From contig OZ316891.1 in NCBI GenBank assembly GCA_973895155.1, positions 32,086,008 to 32,127,007 on the forward strand: DNA of 41,000 nucleotides, written 5' to 3'. Shown in pieces: positions 12,601 through 22,325 of this stretch (position 1 is the stretch's first letter; every line of letters starts with the position of its first letter). The notes beneath the pieces were generated by a model. It saw nothing but the letters and a program-made list of their open reading frames with translations. It did not search any database and was not told where the DNA came from. Origin of the DNA: Marsupella aquatica. Lineage: Eukaryota; Plantae; Marchantiophyta. Both the position numbers and the translations under genes were made by a program.

Positions 12601-13013
12601 GCCATCGGTGCAGCCGGTGCCTGTATCAACACAGGTGGTAATGGCGCTTGTTGGGCCACCGGTAACAGCACCGATGATAGGTGTGAGATGATTTGTGGCA
12701 ATGCAGTGAGCTCTGGGATCAGATTTTGTAACTCAGACTGCACCAACACAAAGGGCTCTCCTTCTTCTCGCTCGTGATCTATGTCTGGCTCTTCGTCTGG
12801 GCATATGGCCTCATTACGTTGAGCCTCTTCCTGTTGCACACCAACTTGTTCTTCCAGCACCAGTGGCAACCTCCTCTCTTCTGCAAGCCGTAAGCGTTCT
12901 TCGGCAGCAACTCGTCGTCTGGTCCCAATCCAAGAGGGCCCCCCTTCTAGCTCTGATCTTGGGGTACGTGTGTGTTGGGGACTTCCTCTACCTCCCCTTC
13001 TCCCTCTCGGCAT
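6615..13013 (-). CDS. gag-pol: Gag-Pol polyprotein, 2132 aa, intact
   Basis: Gag capsid-like region, three CCHC knuckles, protease VDGGSG, RT (LDGYSGYNQI, MPFGL, FIDD), RNase H (VDVS...DREAL...TDH) and integrase (HHCC, VDFIGP, SDRG, NGLTER) in Gypsy order. Confidence 0.98.
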   Translation of the reverse strand: MPRGRRGGRGSPQHTRTPRSELEGGPSWIGTRRRVAAEERLRLAEERRLPLVLEEQVGVQQEEAQRNEAICPDEEPDIDHEREEGEPFVLVQSELQNLIPELTALPQIISHLSSVLLPVAQQAPLPPVLIQAPAAPMAAAQRTRVQYVPFKGRPKDDPDEWIEEFEGIAEANGESAHKLTIIPGMMRGEAGPWFISLLANVKADWALFKQAFLKEFRSIGVEATSLLKVGQLRMKKKESLRRFLQRFQKLVRRIQARTDDAMRQAWFVAALPSKMGFFVRQAKPTTLAEAIAAAESYTAADATSKRCQRKKLKPVDSSSSEESSGSDSDSSDESEDSESTTESDTTESEAERRRRKKKKLSKKVKKSSHREVILPTVAVTPLSTARRLKEQEARYDELTEQMKALKVHFAGLKPERRKVPVERANVWCTKCMKFGHAPKECPAGEPAKVFQVREEDVEGASYSNPSYAAEGPIEYFMEEPPEANVYSVQPLNPGPRSIHGVSTNAGAPAYSNYPNANPGNRPPYPGVRKIPICYNCRVAGHYANVCPEPTRQGNGDFARLCQLCKGEGHLAPHCPTLEAFKAQPIGAQEKKGPPPPLKEASVNFLTTEAVDTPLITRREETVVNIPKQRMTTITEEVVPLVVVVSPVVEIPVVVVATSTEVEVANPSPPSHEWTHAENLPEEDSDEERRHYSCYRVSTRSGKKKGKSELKQKYKEVHQASTSGTSHEPEVPPMEDSDFDRDNPKLFYPKVGEEVRKQLEELEAQAMQAAIDKDMEEAKARKKAEERVVRWKPGEEVIPPIPPATAYNIAQDILDCPVSATIGQLLRDSSLYRRQVKEILMRRRRRRRLPKVGADPIQVNWVTEDLGAPELTVDINGCAIRFVPVDGGSGVNIMTEETANRLGYTELEPPARAMRLADGARVVPLGCLTKIPTMIGGKSFPLNYLVMRPVRPYGFPILIGRPWLYVAKVTSDWGKRQFRFGIPTITIPWSAESPHGETTTMEEEYDSEVTSDEDEDEVYMVKLISHLTEEDVFGPGVATQEHAVEESVSQVHAVLEEMEDERSKIVEAEPLEIHDREAEDHPEEVEMQAHTIMFDDEQREQFLNDILDDDFREELLSHYKESDVEEIMAHVTKDPPPSRPDQEESDAPVYGGMRLARLEETFDEETRNKLDVIRPEQYTKVEVGEGKTLNIGSKLDATEQRTIQELLKEYQDVFAWSHQDLKGVPPEFGEHSIDLMSGARPVRQRQYRLNPKYSLMVKEEIDRLLDAGFIYPVMHSEWVSPIVIVPKKKGPDGKVKIRVCQDFRKLNDATKKDHYPLPFTDIVLDMVAGWEIYSFLDGYSGYNQIWIREEDQLKTAFTTEWGIFAFRRMPFGLCNAPGMFQRLMMNIFHDFLRRFLEIFIDDFAVYGKRVKHPEHLRLTFQRCRETCLKLHPEKCFFGIEEGILLGHKVSARGIEVDREKVAVWVAVSFPKNVKEVRGFLGCVGYYRRFIKDFAKVAMPLTSMLKKGSEFEPTPSRQAAFDELKKRLLEAPVLITPNWNKEFHVYVDVSGFCIGAVLSQLDDDGRDHPIYFASRQLAPAEKNYSPTDREALGIIYACKKYRHYLLGYKVVFHTDHNSLKYMVNKPDLSGRIARWVLLLQEFNYEVRVRSGKSHSNADFFSRIEGASDSQEIDDRFPDEEVFSVNTEATTWYGEILEFLRTARVPSRLGPERAAVFLRKTGPYLLVKGVLHKYGMDGRLRRCLEEAEIRTVMAALHEEEAGGHFARETTARKILDAGYWWPTLFRDVHRYIQRCDPCQRQGKPGPSSRHPLVPILPLAPFEKWGVDFIGPFTPITRRGRKRYIILATDYATKWVEARATAKDDANTTARFLYEQIFTRFGPPLELVSDRGTHFLNHTIERLTENYLISHRKTTPYHPRANGLTERANGIMGKILNKTVSAHKTDWDLKLLAATYAYNLAHKTTTGHSPYFLVFGQHSLVPVEFEVPTIRILTREREGAEESVASRIQQLEQLTETREEALTHTEQEQGKRKSHYDSRLRRVSIEEGDLVLLYDSRFMHFPGKLHTRWMGPYVVDAVYSNGSVQLKTLEGQLLNTRINQERLKKYYTEEEYGARGGASQLREELCDGYPVTGSHT
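6651..6665 (-). promoter_or_regulatory. Polypurine tract of element A
   Basis: Minus strand TTAAGAGAGGAGCTA immediately precedes the TG of the 3' LTR. Confidence 0.88.
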
Positions 13014-13073
13014 CCCATTGAGACCTGCATTCCAAACTTACACCAATGTCTCAGAAAGCAATATTTGTAAACA

Positions 13074-13168
13074 TCAACCGTCGCACGATGCGTTGTGGTT
13101 GACGTACAATAACAAAGTAACCAACAAACTTCTCACGTATCAACCGTCGCAAGTTGCGTTGTGGTTGA
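13074..13168. repeat. Twin 29-nt stem-loops in the leader of element A
   Basis: TCAACCGTCGCA-cga/agt-TGCGTTGTGGTTGA at 13074-13102 and 13140-13168. Confidence 0.75.
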
Positions 13169-13230
13169 TAGGTTTGAACTCCCAATAGACGTAGCTCCCC
13201 TCCTTCGTGTCGTCAAACAAGAAGAAGGAT

Positions 13231-13248
13231 TCCCCGGCAGCGGCGCCA
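13231..13248 (-). promoter_or_regulatory. Primer binding site of element A (tRNA-Asp type, Athila-like)
   Basis: Minus strand TGGCGCCGCTGCCGGGGA differs by one base from the Athila-type TGGCGCCGTTGCCGGGGA and lies 20 nt inside the 5' LTR end. Confidence 0.88.
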
Positions 13249-14379
13249 AAAACAAAAGACCACACTTATGTCACTTGCCTCTCCAACGGTTAATACGTGC
13301 AAACCGCACTTTTCTTCGCTTAAACCGTTGGTATCGTATTACGGGGTCGTGGAGGGACGCTATTTGGATTCTTTTCACACCAGGATGAGTATTTTGGTTT
13401 CCGCTCCCGGAAATGTAGGTTTTGATCAAGTCTACCGACTACCCTCACCCCACAGCTTTTGATCAAGTCCTGCCGACTACCCCACTACACCTTCACTCGG
13501 AGTCACCCAAAGAGTGCTGTCACCACCCCTACTCACAAGGCCGACTCAAACCAAGCAAGTTTCTTCAAATCATAGAACGGGAGAACACAATTCGGAAAGC
13601 GAAAAAGGGAGAAGGAACACACAACAAAAGCCCATCAAGTCAAATGTACAGATCCATATCTCTTGGGAAAAACGATACACATTGCATGAGTAACCCGGCC
13701 TCCTGCCGTCTACTCAACTCCTGCCTCTCCGGACAATGAGTATGGCTCCCCCTCACTACTCTGAACACGCTTTCAAACTCCTCAGGCTCCACTCTATCCC
13801 TCCTTGCTAACTTCACACTGAGTCCCCCTAACTACTTCGGGGCTATCCCCCTAAATACTGAAAAATCACACCAAAGCACCCCTCACAGGGTCACAACGGT
13901 GGCGGCTACCCTAGCGGCGCCGCTAAAACCTTGCACTAAGAGAAATCCTTAAACTGAAGAGGAGCATGCGGCACACACATGCTGCTAAAACCCTAAACCC
14001 AAAACAAGGGGGCCGACGGTGCCTTCGACGGCGCCCCAACAGTACACGTGAACCCTGAAAGTGAGAGGCACCCCAAAATGGCCGAAACTAGGTGCCCTTC
14101 CAAGTGCACACCTGAGCTCACCCCTGGATAGCTCTTCTTTTCCTGCTTCCGAATCACTAAGTCGCTCCCTCAACGGACTTCAGACGCCTGAGTTATGGCC
14201 GTTTCCGTACCGCAAAAACATAAGTTCTCCAGGCCATAACTTGCTCATCCTGGCTCCGTTTGAGGAGCGCCGCCTCTTGTTGGAATCAGCTCCGCGAGCT
14301 CATCCCAACAAGCCCATGAGTGACCCCCCACTAAAATGTTGGAAATCTGGAGGCCGTACACCCACGTCCGTACGCCTAT

Positions 14380-16236
14380 CTAATCCTCCTCTTCTTCTTC
14401 GCTCTCGGTGCCCGGACTTGTGCCCCGTGAGTGGTCCTCCTCCTCATCACTCACGGGAGTGAGTGCCACCGTACTTTTCTTCTTCTTCGACGGAGTACTC
14501 TTAGTGCTGCTGCTCCCGCGCTTCCTCAAAGCAGCCAAGGCCTGCCACGCCTTGATGTACCCCTCACCAATTGTGTCCTTCCAGAGGGTAGCCTCTTCTC
14601 CGGACCGCAACTCCAACGGTAGAACTTGCCCCGTGGCCATGGGAGTCCCGGGGGTGACAGACCTGGGTGGCATCCCCGTACTGACCTGAGCCTCCCGTAA
14701 CGATTTCCGTACCTCCCGGAGCTTCTTCTCCAAGCTCTTACTCTTCTCCTGACTCTTCTTGGCTCCATCCAACAAGGGTCCATACTTCCCACTAACCTCC
14801 TTCACCACCATCTCGATAGCTTGGGAGATCACATCCGGGGAAAGTGTGGAGCCAGGTGTGCCGGGACTCTTCCGTTTCCCTAGACTCAGGGCCTCACTTC
14901 TCTTCGCTCGTGTCTCAAAGGCTGCCACCTGACTCCGTAGTGCTCCCACCTGGTTCCTCCACTCCATCACTTCTCCAGAATTTTGCTTCTCTTTGGCCAA
15001 TGCTTGCCTCAACGCTCCTACTTCTTCTGCTTCCTTGGCCTTGGTGGACAAAGCTCCCTTCAAGTTGGTGATCTCTACGTGAGCTGCATTGATGTGCCTG
15101 ACCTTCTCATGAATGGTCTGCTCCTTGGTCTTGATCACCTCCTTCAGTGACAGGATGCTCTGCTCTAACGTCTCTACTTTGACTGTGGCGTGCTTGAGAG
15201 ACTCCCTCAATGCGTGGACTAGCTTGAGTCCCTCGTGGACTCCCTCTCTGAAATCCCGTAGCTCTGCCAAGTAAACATCCGGAATGTTGTATTCCAGAGG
15301 CTGTTTCGGATCTCCCACGAGTGATTCAAGCCACTCCAATGTGCAATCATCCTCCTGGTTCTCTTCTTCTCTATTATCCTCCCCACCAGCAGACAATGAT
15401 TCCTCCGTGAGCTTCCCTAAAACAGTAGTGGCAATACTCCGGATCTCCGTGGTGAGAGATGATCCCGTGTCTTCATGCCCCGGAGAACCAATCAACCCTT
15501 CTGCCCTGGCCAATACAAATGACCCCATCAAATGTACAGCCCCACCTGGTTTCACACTCCCGGGCTCAGCGGCCAATAGCTTCTTCAATCCGTAGCACCA
15601 CCATCCGTACACATGGGCTGGGTAGTTCTTGATGTCCATAGCTACCACGAAATGCTCCTCATTCAGCACTCCGGATTGCACGTTGCCAAGAACCCGTTGA
15701 TGCACCTTGGCCAGGAAGCCCTTATACTCAACATCCTTGACAGCAGAAAGAGGGATGGCGGTGGTGGAGGTAGGATTGGTCACCCAAGTGGCCACCATTT
15801 TCAACGTGAGTTCTCCCCTGATATTCCGAGGTGTGAATGAGAATTTCTGATTCTCAAGAAACAATAGCTTAGCCAACTCCACATGGGGCACTACACGTTT
15901 GAGACATTCAAAGTAGATTCCCTCCGTTCGGAACTCCATCCCGGCCTCAATGTCCCAGCTCTTCCCTGAAGGGATGGTAATCTCCACCTTCATGAATTCT
16001 GTAAGCCCGGTGGCTTGGAAAATGTTCCGACAATCCTCCATCACCTTGGTGGAGGTCTTGGGATAAATTCGACGAAAAATCTTCCTACCCACCGGTGAGG
16101 AACCCGCTGCCAATCCCGTGCTCATCATAACTTCTCTCTCTTCCCTTTCCCGTGTAATCCGAGTCTCCACGTAGTCACGGTAAGCAGCCTTGTATCTCCG
16201 AATGCGTGACGCACTAAACTCTGGTTGATCTAGCAT
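14380..16236 (-). CDS. 618-aa accessory protein, 5' LTR copy
   Basis: Same translation as 3630-5486. Confidence 0.85.
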   Translation of the reverse strand: MLDQPEFSASRIRRYKAAYRDYVETRITREREEREVMMSTGLAAGSSPVGRKIFRRIYPKTSTKVMEDCRNIFQATGLTEFMKVEITIPSGKSWDIEAGMEFRTEGIYFECLKRVVPHVELAKLLFLENQKFSFTPRNIRGELTLKMVATWVTNPTSTTAIPLSAVKDVEYKGFLAKVHQRVLGNVQSGVLNEEHFVVAMDIKNYPAHVYGWWCYGLKKLLAAEPGSVKPGGAVHLMGSFVLARAEGLIGSPGHEDTGSSLTTEIRSIATTVLGKLTEESLSAGGEDNREEENQEDDCTLEWLESLVGDPKQPLEYNIPDVYLAELRDFREGVHEGLKLVHALRESLKHATVKVETLEQSILSLKEVIKTKEQTIHEKVRHINAAHVEITNLKGALSTKAKEAEEVGALRQALAKEKQNSGEVMEWRNQVGALRSQVAAFETRAKRSEALSLGKRKSPGTPGSTLSPDVISQAIEMVVKEVSGKYGPLLDGAKKSQEKSKSLEKKLREVRKSLREAQVSTGMPPRSVTPGTPMATGQVLPLELRSGEEATLWKDTIGEGYIKAWQALAALRKRGSSSTKSTPSKKKKSTVALTPVSDEEEDHSRGTSPGTESEEEEED

Positions 16237-16673
16237 CCATGCATCCCGAAATCAATTTCTCAATCACCAATCCCGTCACCCGTGGCAATGTCAATTCCCT
16301 GGCCCGAAACAGCCCCCGTAGCCCGATCACTTAAATTCTCTCAATTTCCCGTCACTACTCCGTGCGGCCGCCACTAATGCCTGGAAGAATGACGCCAGCA
16401 AGCCCCACTAATCCACCATGAAAGAGAGAGCTTCAAAAATAATTAGAATCTGGAGAGAGCTTCCGGCAAGAGAGAGAAGAACCCCGTTTTTGCTTTCGGC
16501 AATGAGAGGGTCGTGCAAAAGGAAGAGGGAAAGAAAAAGGAAGGAAAAAAAAAAAAAAATAGAACCGAAAAAACTCCTGGCGCCTTCGCCATGCGCCCCG
16601 GCCCATTTCTCGGGCCTTACCCTTGCGTCCTCCTGCGCGCGGCCCTATGCAGGGCGCGCGGCCATTCCTCCCG

Positions 16674-17037
16674 GCTCGCGGGAGGCCCTTCAACTCCCCC
16701 CCGCTCGCGTGATCCTCCCAGCTCGCGGGAGGCCCTTTAACTCCCCCCCGCTCGCGTGATCCTCCCAGCTCGCGGGAGGCCCTTTAACTCCCCCCCGCTC
16801 GCGTGATCCTCCCAGCTCGCGGGAGGCCCTTTAACTCCCCCCCGCTCGCGTGATCCTCCCAGCTCGCGGGAGGCCCTTTAACTCCCCCCCCCCCGCTCGC
16901 TTGCGCTCCTTCAGCTCGCGGAGCCTCATTAATTGCCCGGGCACGCAGCCCTATGGGCTCGCGAGGCAGCCCCTTCAGCTCGCGGAGCCCCATTAATCGC
17001 CCGGGCACGCAGCCCTATGGGCTCGCGAGGCAGCCCC
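16674..17037. repeat. 47-bp and 64-bp tandem arrays, 5' LTR copy
   Basis: Same arrays as 5924-6287, shifted by 10750. Confidence 0.95.
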
Positions 17038-17400
17038 TCTTTCTCTCGGACGGCCACTAATGGGACTCGCCCTCCTGAGGAGGGATTTATTTAAAAAAAA
17101 ACCCCCCCCTCTCCTGACTTTGCAATGGGGGTCTCAACAATAGCTCTTGAAGCAAAACGGTAAGTCCTATGGGGCTGGTCCTGGCTAGTTTCAAGGTCCC
17201 AAAATATTTGCCCACTTAGGTCGCCGCAAATCTTAGAACTATTATGAGAGAAAGAATATAAAGTCACCTGGGGCATCATCAACCTATAATGACGGAATTA
17301 ACTAAAAATTAAAAAATGGCTTATTTACATTGACTATTAACAAGGTATCGGCCTTTGCAACCAGTTATGTGTGACTTCCCGTGACGGGGTACCCGTCACA

Positions 17401-18368
17401 CACAACCACAGAAAATAATTGAGTCTACGCCAGCCAAAGGAACTCCAGCAACTACGACGGAGACAGCACAAACTACTGCAACAACAACCATGGATAGAGC
17501 GGCAGGGAAGCGAAAGTAGAGGGAGAAGAAGCTTCTGGTTGAGAAACCTACTTCAGTTGAGAAGAAGATCACGGCTCCAGCCGAGAAGAAGAAGCTTCCA
17601 GCCGAGAAGAAGAAGCTTCCAGCCGAGAAGAAGTCGAGGGAGAAGAAGAAACAAAAAACCGACACCGGAGTTGTGAATTCAACTCCTATAGATTTTTCAT
17701 TACATGCTGAAGATGAGGGTGATAGGCCACATGCTCCAGAGGAGAAAGACGTCTTAGAAGGGAATGAAGTTCTTCAACAAATGGAGCAGTACTATACTTT
17801 TGGGATAAACGAAATTTTTCTGATCCCAGTTGAAAGTATTTTTGCCGCACCAGCGAGACTATGCTATCGGATGATGAATTTTGATCATGTGCAAGACATT
17901 GCTGATTCCATGATCAAAACACCTGGGCATGAGCCACATGTCGCTGATTTGATTCCTTTTAACGTCGAGCGAAGAAAGGTACTCCACTTTGAGAATACGG
18001 AGTCGGACCGGAAGGATTTTTTGGCCGGAGTGAAAAAGGGCGAGGTCCAATTTCTAGCCGTTAGTGGTCAGCACTCTGCGAGAGCTGCGAGATGGATTCG
18101 TGATTGGGCAACGAAGGATGCCAAGCTCACCCAGTTGGCCAAGAAGTTAGAATTCAGGAAATCCAGAATATTGTCTGATCGCACACCGTCTTCAATTCTT
18201 GTTGAGCACTCCATGAGATCAAACGCCATCAATAGCACGATGGTGTTTCAATCTTGCTTTAAAGATACAGTTGTCCATGCGAGGCGGCAGTTTGTTGAAT
18301 GTGGAAATCCAGACAAACCAAAACATGGCGACAACAAAACAAATGCTCAAGACAACCAAAAATTTCAG
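17401..18368 (+). CDS. Exon with Lys-rich repeats and a ParB/sulfiredoxin-like (GQH-type) domain
   Basis: The frame of ORF 17673 is open back to the LTR junction except TAG 17517. It contains PAEKKKL repeats and IPVESI...YRMMNFDHVQDIADSM...FLAVSGQHSARAA, and ends at donor CAG|GTAAGA. Confidence 0.7.
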
Positions 18369-18607
18369 GTAAGAAATGTGATTACTTTGTATGCATTTCT
18401 CTACCATAGAGAGTAATTCTATTTTGGATTCGGATGGTCTCAGTCCGACACGATTTGTCAAAGAGTATTGGAACTTTTGGAATGTTTAGTACGAGTTTTC
18501 TTTTTGATTGAGACCATCCGAATCCAATACTATTATCGCACATTAGAATCCTTTTTTTCCAACCCTTGCGTTGGGGATAACTGACTAGCTTTCCTTTTGG
18601 ATTGTAG
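18369..18607 (+). other. Phase-0 GT-AG intron containing a 22-bp inverted repeat
   Basis: GTAAGA donor, CTGAC branch-like site at 18581, pyrimidine tract and TGTAG acceptor. Joins NQKFQ|DWLAL in frame. Confidence 0.8.
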
Positions 18608-20910
18608 GATTGGTTGGCTCTGGCAAGAATGACTATGGGCAGGAAGGACTTGCGAAATGTATACTGGCTACTTTTTGCGGACAACGATCTTTTTGAGTTG
18701 TGGCGGTTAGTCTGTGAGATGTGGTTGCATGGGAAACTTCCTGATGGAGCTGGGATGGAAGGAAATAACAAGTCCGAAAAAGCAATTACCGTTGCCATGT
18801 TTCGTCCCTTTGATGGTGAGTTGATCTCACAGAAAGACATCACAAAAATCCTGACACAAGTGAAGTCAGGAAAGGCATTGCTGAAGAAAGATGCCACAAA
18901 TAAATCTGACATACCCTCAATAGAGGAGCTTGCGAAGGATGTGAAAAAAGTGAGGAAGCTCAAGTCTCTCATTGAGGAGTACTACTTCGGCAAGGATCCA
19001 AGGAATTTCCCTTCGGATACCGATTGGAAGAAAGTTGTAGAGGTTCTGCCATTGTTGAGTGTTGACGCAGAATTCAGTAGATGCAGAAGAGCGGCTGGTG
19101 AAGTTTTTTTGTCAAATTTGTTGAAGCCAAATCATACCAGGGAGAGTGCAATCTTGCCAATAGCTCTGGTGATGCGCCTTGATGACATTTATTGCCAGAA
19201 GTTTGGCGGAGGGACACATTCTCGGAGCCAACCGTGGGTCACGTTCTTTAGTGACAATCTAATGAAAACAGTTGATCCACCAGCAATAGAAGAATCATCT
19301 CCAACGTGCTCACTTGCCATTGTTGACTTCAGTCGAGATCACCAGAAGCTGTGGACGGAAGCAGAAGTTTTGGTCTTTCTGCAATACATTGTGGAGCTAC
19401 CACAAAATCTTACAATCGTTGTAGCCATAACTGTTCATCCGGGGCCTCTTGCAATGAATGTCCTAAGCTCACTTCGAAAATTGGGACAAGAGAAATCTCT
19501 CACCATTCACATTGAGTATGGGAGTTATTCTCGAGAGGATCAACCGCACCCGCTTGATTCGTGTTGGGGAGGCGGAATTGAAGAAGTTATATTCGCAGGA
19601 ATTTCTCGAGATGAAAATGTGAATTGGAATGATGTTTTCAAACCCAATCACCCAAAGCCAAAATTCTTTTTTGGTTCAAAAGATACTGATTTTGAGGTCA
19701 CCAAGATTGACACTGGGAAGGCAAAGGTTGACACAGACGACGTGTCAAAACCTGAAGATCTAAAAATGATGCTGACCCCAGAAGAGGTGACCAAGGTTTT
19801 GCACATGGCCCCTCGATTTGAGATAGTTGGTGCTCGTGGTGGTTGGGTGAATCCACATGCCAAACCCACGCGGATGATACAGAGGATTATTGAATCCTTG
19901 TCAGAAGCTAGAGACTTGATTCTTGATTTTTTCTCGGGTGGTCAAGTGATGAAGACAGCATTCTTGGTGCAACGCGAATGCTTTGTTTATTGTGACTCTC
20001 AAGATGAGAGACACTTTGTGGAAGCGTATGCTTCATTCCTTTGCGAGAGGGTCCCCTCAATCAAGGAAAATTGGGATCCTCGTGGTGGGAGTTCTAGGCA
20101 TTGGAAACCCACTATTGCGGATGTTTCTACCGAACATGAATCAGCTGATAATTCCAAAGAAGTGGGCGCTAAGTCAGTCAAAGATGATGGGGCATCAGAG
20201 GTGGCGTATGCAAAGAATTTGGATGACCGTGTAGGTCAAAGTGAAAGCATAGAACCCTACGATGTTGATGATAACGTTGGTCTTGCACCACGCCCTTCAT
20301 CACGTGCAGATGACGTCCCTTTGGAACCCTATGAAGTTGAGGTTGATGACAACTTGGACAAGGATGGTCTCAATCCAAATGTGGTGCAACGAGAAACGGA
20401 CGGAATTGGTGATCCGATTGACATTGATACATTTGAAAATCGTTCGTCAACCAATTTGGTCGCGGATGGTGGAGACAGACAGGTCAATTCGAATGAAGCT
20501 GACACCCAAAATTTGATTCCCGGGACGGCTGTCGAAGTACGTGAGATTCCCATGACCCCAGAAGCCCGTGCATCAGCGACTGTTGACAACCAGGCAGGTG
20601 CTTCAATTTGTCCTGACACACTCTTTTCAGCTTCTGATGACAAATTGGTTTTTGTTCGTTCACACTCGGGAAGTCCAGTTGTCCTTCCTCTCTCAAAGAA
20701 AAAAGGGAATAGAGTTGGATCAACCGGATGGAGGTCACTTGAACGTGATGCACGATGTTATGTGTGGAAAAGTGGGCCAAATAGAGGCCAAGAAGTTTCA
20801 TTGGATGCTGCTCCATCGATTCTTAACAGGAAGGAGTATAAGAGAGGAGAATTGGGATTGATAACTCCTGTTTGGACGTCACCTTATTGGGTAGAACAAA
20901 GTACTTCAGA
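18608..20910 (+). CDS. Exon with a beta-class N6/N4 DNA-methyltransferase-like domain and an acidic linker, interrupted by element C
   Basis: NPHAKPTRMIQRIIESLSEARDLILDFFSGG (19850-19942) fits HPxxKP..LI...S..GD.VLDPFxGSG. SLAIVDFSR (~19310-19336) sits at the expected DPPY position. Confidence 0.7.
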
Positions 20911-22301
20911 TGTGGTATGGGTGTCCCTGCAATTTTTTCTGGAAACTTGTTTATTTTTAGCATATCACAAGATTTACTTACACTTTAGACACCTTCCGGC
21001 CAACATTTACTTGTTCTGGACACTTATAGAAATATTTGACATCTCCGGCTTTCCTGACGATTCCTAGTGTACTTTGCCCGACGCTGTGACCAGCGCCCGT
21101 TTCTTTTACTCAAGACGCTGCGGAAGCGTCCAACCTCCTCATGACGCTTTTGGCAGCGCCCGACCGCCACCAAGACTCTATGAGGATTTCGACCGACGCT
21201 GTGGAAAGCGTCAGCTTCAACACACGACGTTGTGAGCAGCGTCCACCCTAGTATTGACGCTGTGAGCAGTGTGAGCAGCGTCCGTTGGTTTTACTTAAGA
21301 CGCTTCTAGCAGCGTCCAGATTCTCCCGACGCTTCTAGCAGCGTCCGCTCAACACTTAGTTTTTGAAGTAGATTACTAGTAAAGTAGTATTCTACCACCC
21401 TTGTTGAAGTACTTATGTTGTGCTTCTCCCTTGTTTAGTTTTAAGCTTGGAAAGGCACGACTGTTCTTACCTCCTCCATTTTAGGATTCCAACACTTATA
21501 AGACAGAGTAGAATGCTCATTTGAAGTAGAGAGAAATAGAGTTAATACTGTATTCAGAATTGAGTCTTCTGAATAGTTTTCTCCTCCTTCCATTGTAACA
21601 AGGCATGCTGTGAGTGTTTTGTATGGAAGTAAAGCTATATTGATTGAAGTTAAGATTGAATTCAAGAGATTCCTGTGGTGATTGAATTCAGTTGCAGATT
21701 TCTGAAACTCGTATTGAATTCACTGCTAGGCTTGCTTGCAGAGTCGGGATTCGCTAGCCAATTCAAGAATAGTTAATGATAAATGAGAAGTAAATTCTGA
21801 TTCTCAGAGTAGTTAGTACTGTTGCTTTGATTCTGGAATATGGTTTAGAGTTTGACTGAATTGTGTATCGCTGATGTCAAACCATGTTGACGGCATTTTA
21901 AATCATATCATTCATTTGCAATCAGAAAGCTTCTGCTTCATCAGATTGAGAATTCCATTATCATTAACCTTTGTGTTTTGAAGAGTGAGATGGATGAATT
22001 ATGAGATAGATTTCATGTCTATACTGAGCCCAAATCCTTTCTGAAGGAGTGGCAGTAGCAGCTTGTAGTCTCTAAATCCTTACTCATTTCTTCTCTAATT
22101 CATAAATCAGAAGTTCAGTTACTTTGTTGTTTGTTTATTCGATTTTTTTTATTGAGAAGTGAAGTCAACATAGAGCTCAAGACTCTAAATCACTCGGAGT
22201 GATAAAAGTTATACAATTCATTCTGAAATCTGTTCTTAAAGGGATCGAAACCCTGGTTTTAGGTGAGAAGAGTCACTTTTGATACTTAGCACTATACGAC
22301 A
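20911..22301 (+). repeat. 5' LTR of element C
   Basis: TGTGGTATGG...TACGACA, a direct repeat of 26044-27434. I saw three substitutions between the copies. Confidence 0.96.
21080..21345. repeat. Array of 8 GACGCT-N5/6-AGCGTC palindromic boxes in LTR C (also 26213-26478)
   Basis: Boxes start at 21080, 21114, 21143, 21195, 21226, 21256, 21299 and 21328. Confidence 0.9.
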
Positions 22302-22307
22302 TCTTTT

Positions 22308-22325
22308 TGGCGCCGCTGCCGGGGA
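22308..22325 (+). promoter_or_regulatory. Primer binding site of element C (tRNA-Asp type)
   Basis: TGGCGCCGCTGCCGGGGA after a 6-nt spacer from the LTR, identical to the PBS of A. Confidence 0.9.

Larger units (their letters stand above)
2519..17400 (-). mobile_element. Element A: full-length non-chromoviral Ty3/Gypsy LTR retrotransposon (14.9 kb)
   Basis: Two 4132-bp direct repeats (offset 10750) with TG...CA ends, PBS, PPT and a single gag-PR-RT-RH-IN ORF. No chromodomain or second RNase H seen. Confidence 0.97.
13269..17400 (-). repeat. 5' LTR of element A (4132 bp)
   Basis: Direct repeat of 2519-6650, followed on the minus strand by the PBS. Confidence 0.96.

Noticed and set aside
13231-13248. 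tRNA gene
   Set aside because: Only the 18-nt 3'-end match (PBS) is present, with no cloverleaf.
2519-17400. Host segmental duplication of a 4.1-kb gene block
   Set aside because: The repeat edges coincide with TG/CA, PPT and PBS, so they are LTRs.
20911-21067. Hydrophobic C-terminus of the 817-aa ORF
   Set aside because: It is read-through into LTR C. The original frame resumes at 27440.
21080-21345. CRISPR-like repeat/spacer look of the GACGCT boxes
   Set aside because: Repeats are 17-18 bp with variable centres, spacers are irregular, the array lies in an LTR and there are no cas genes.
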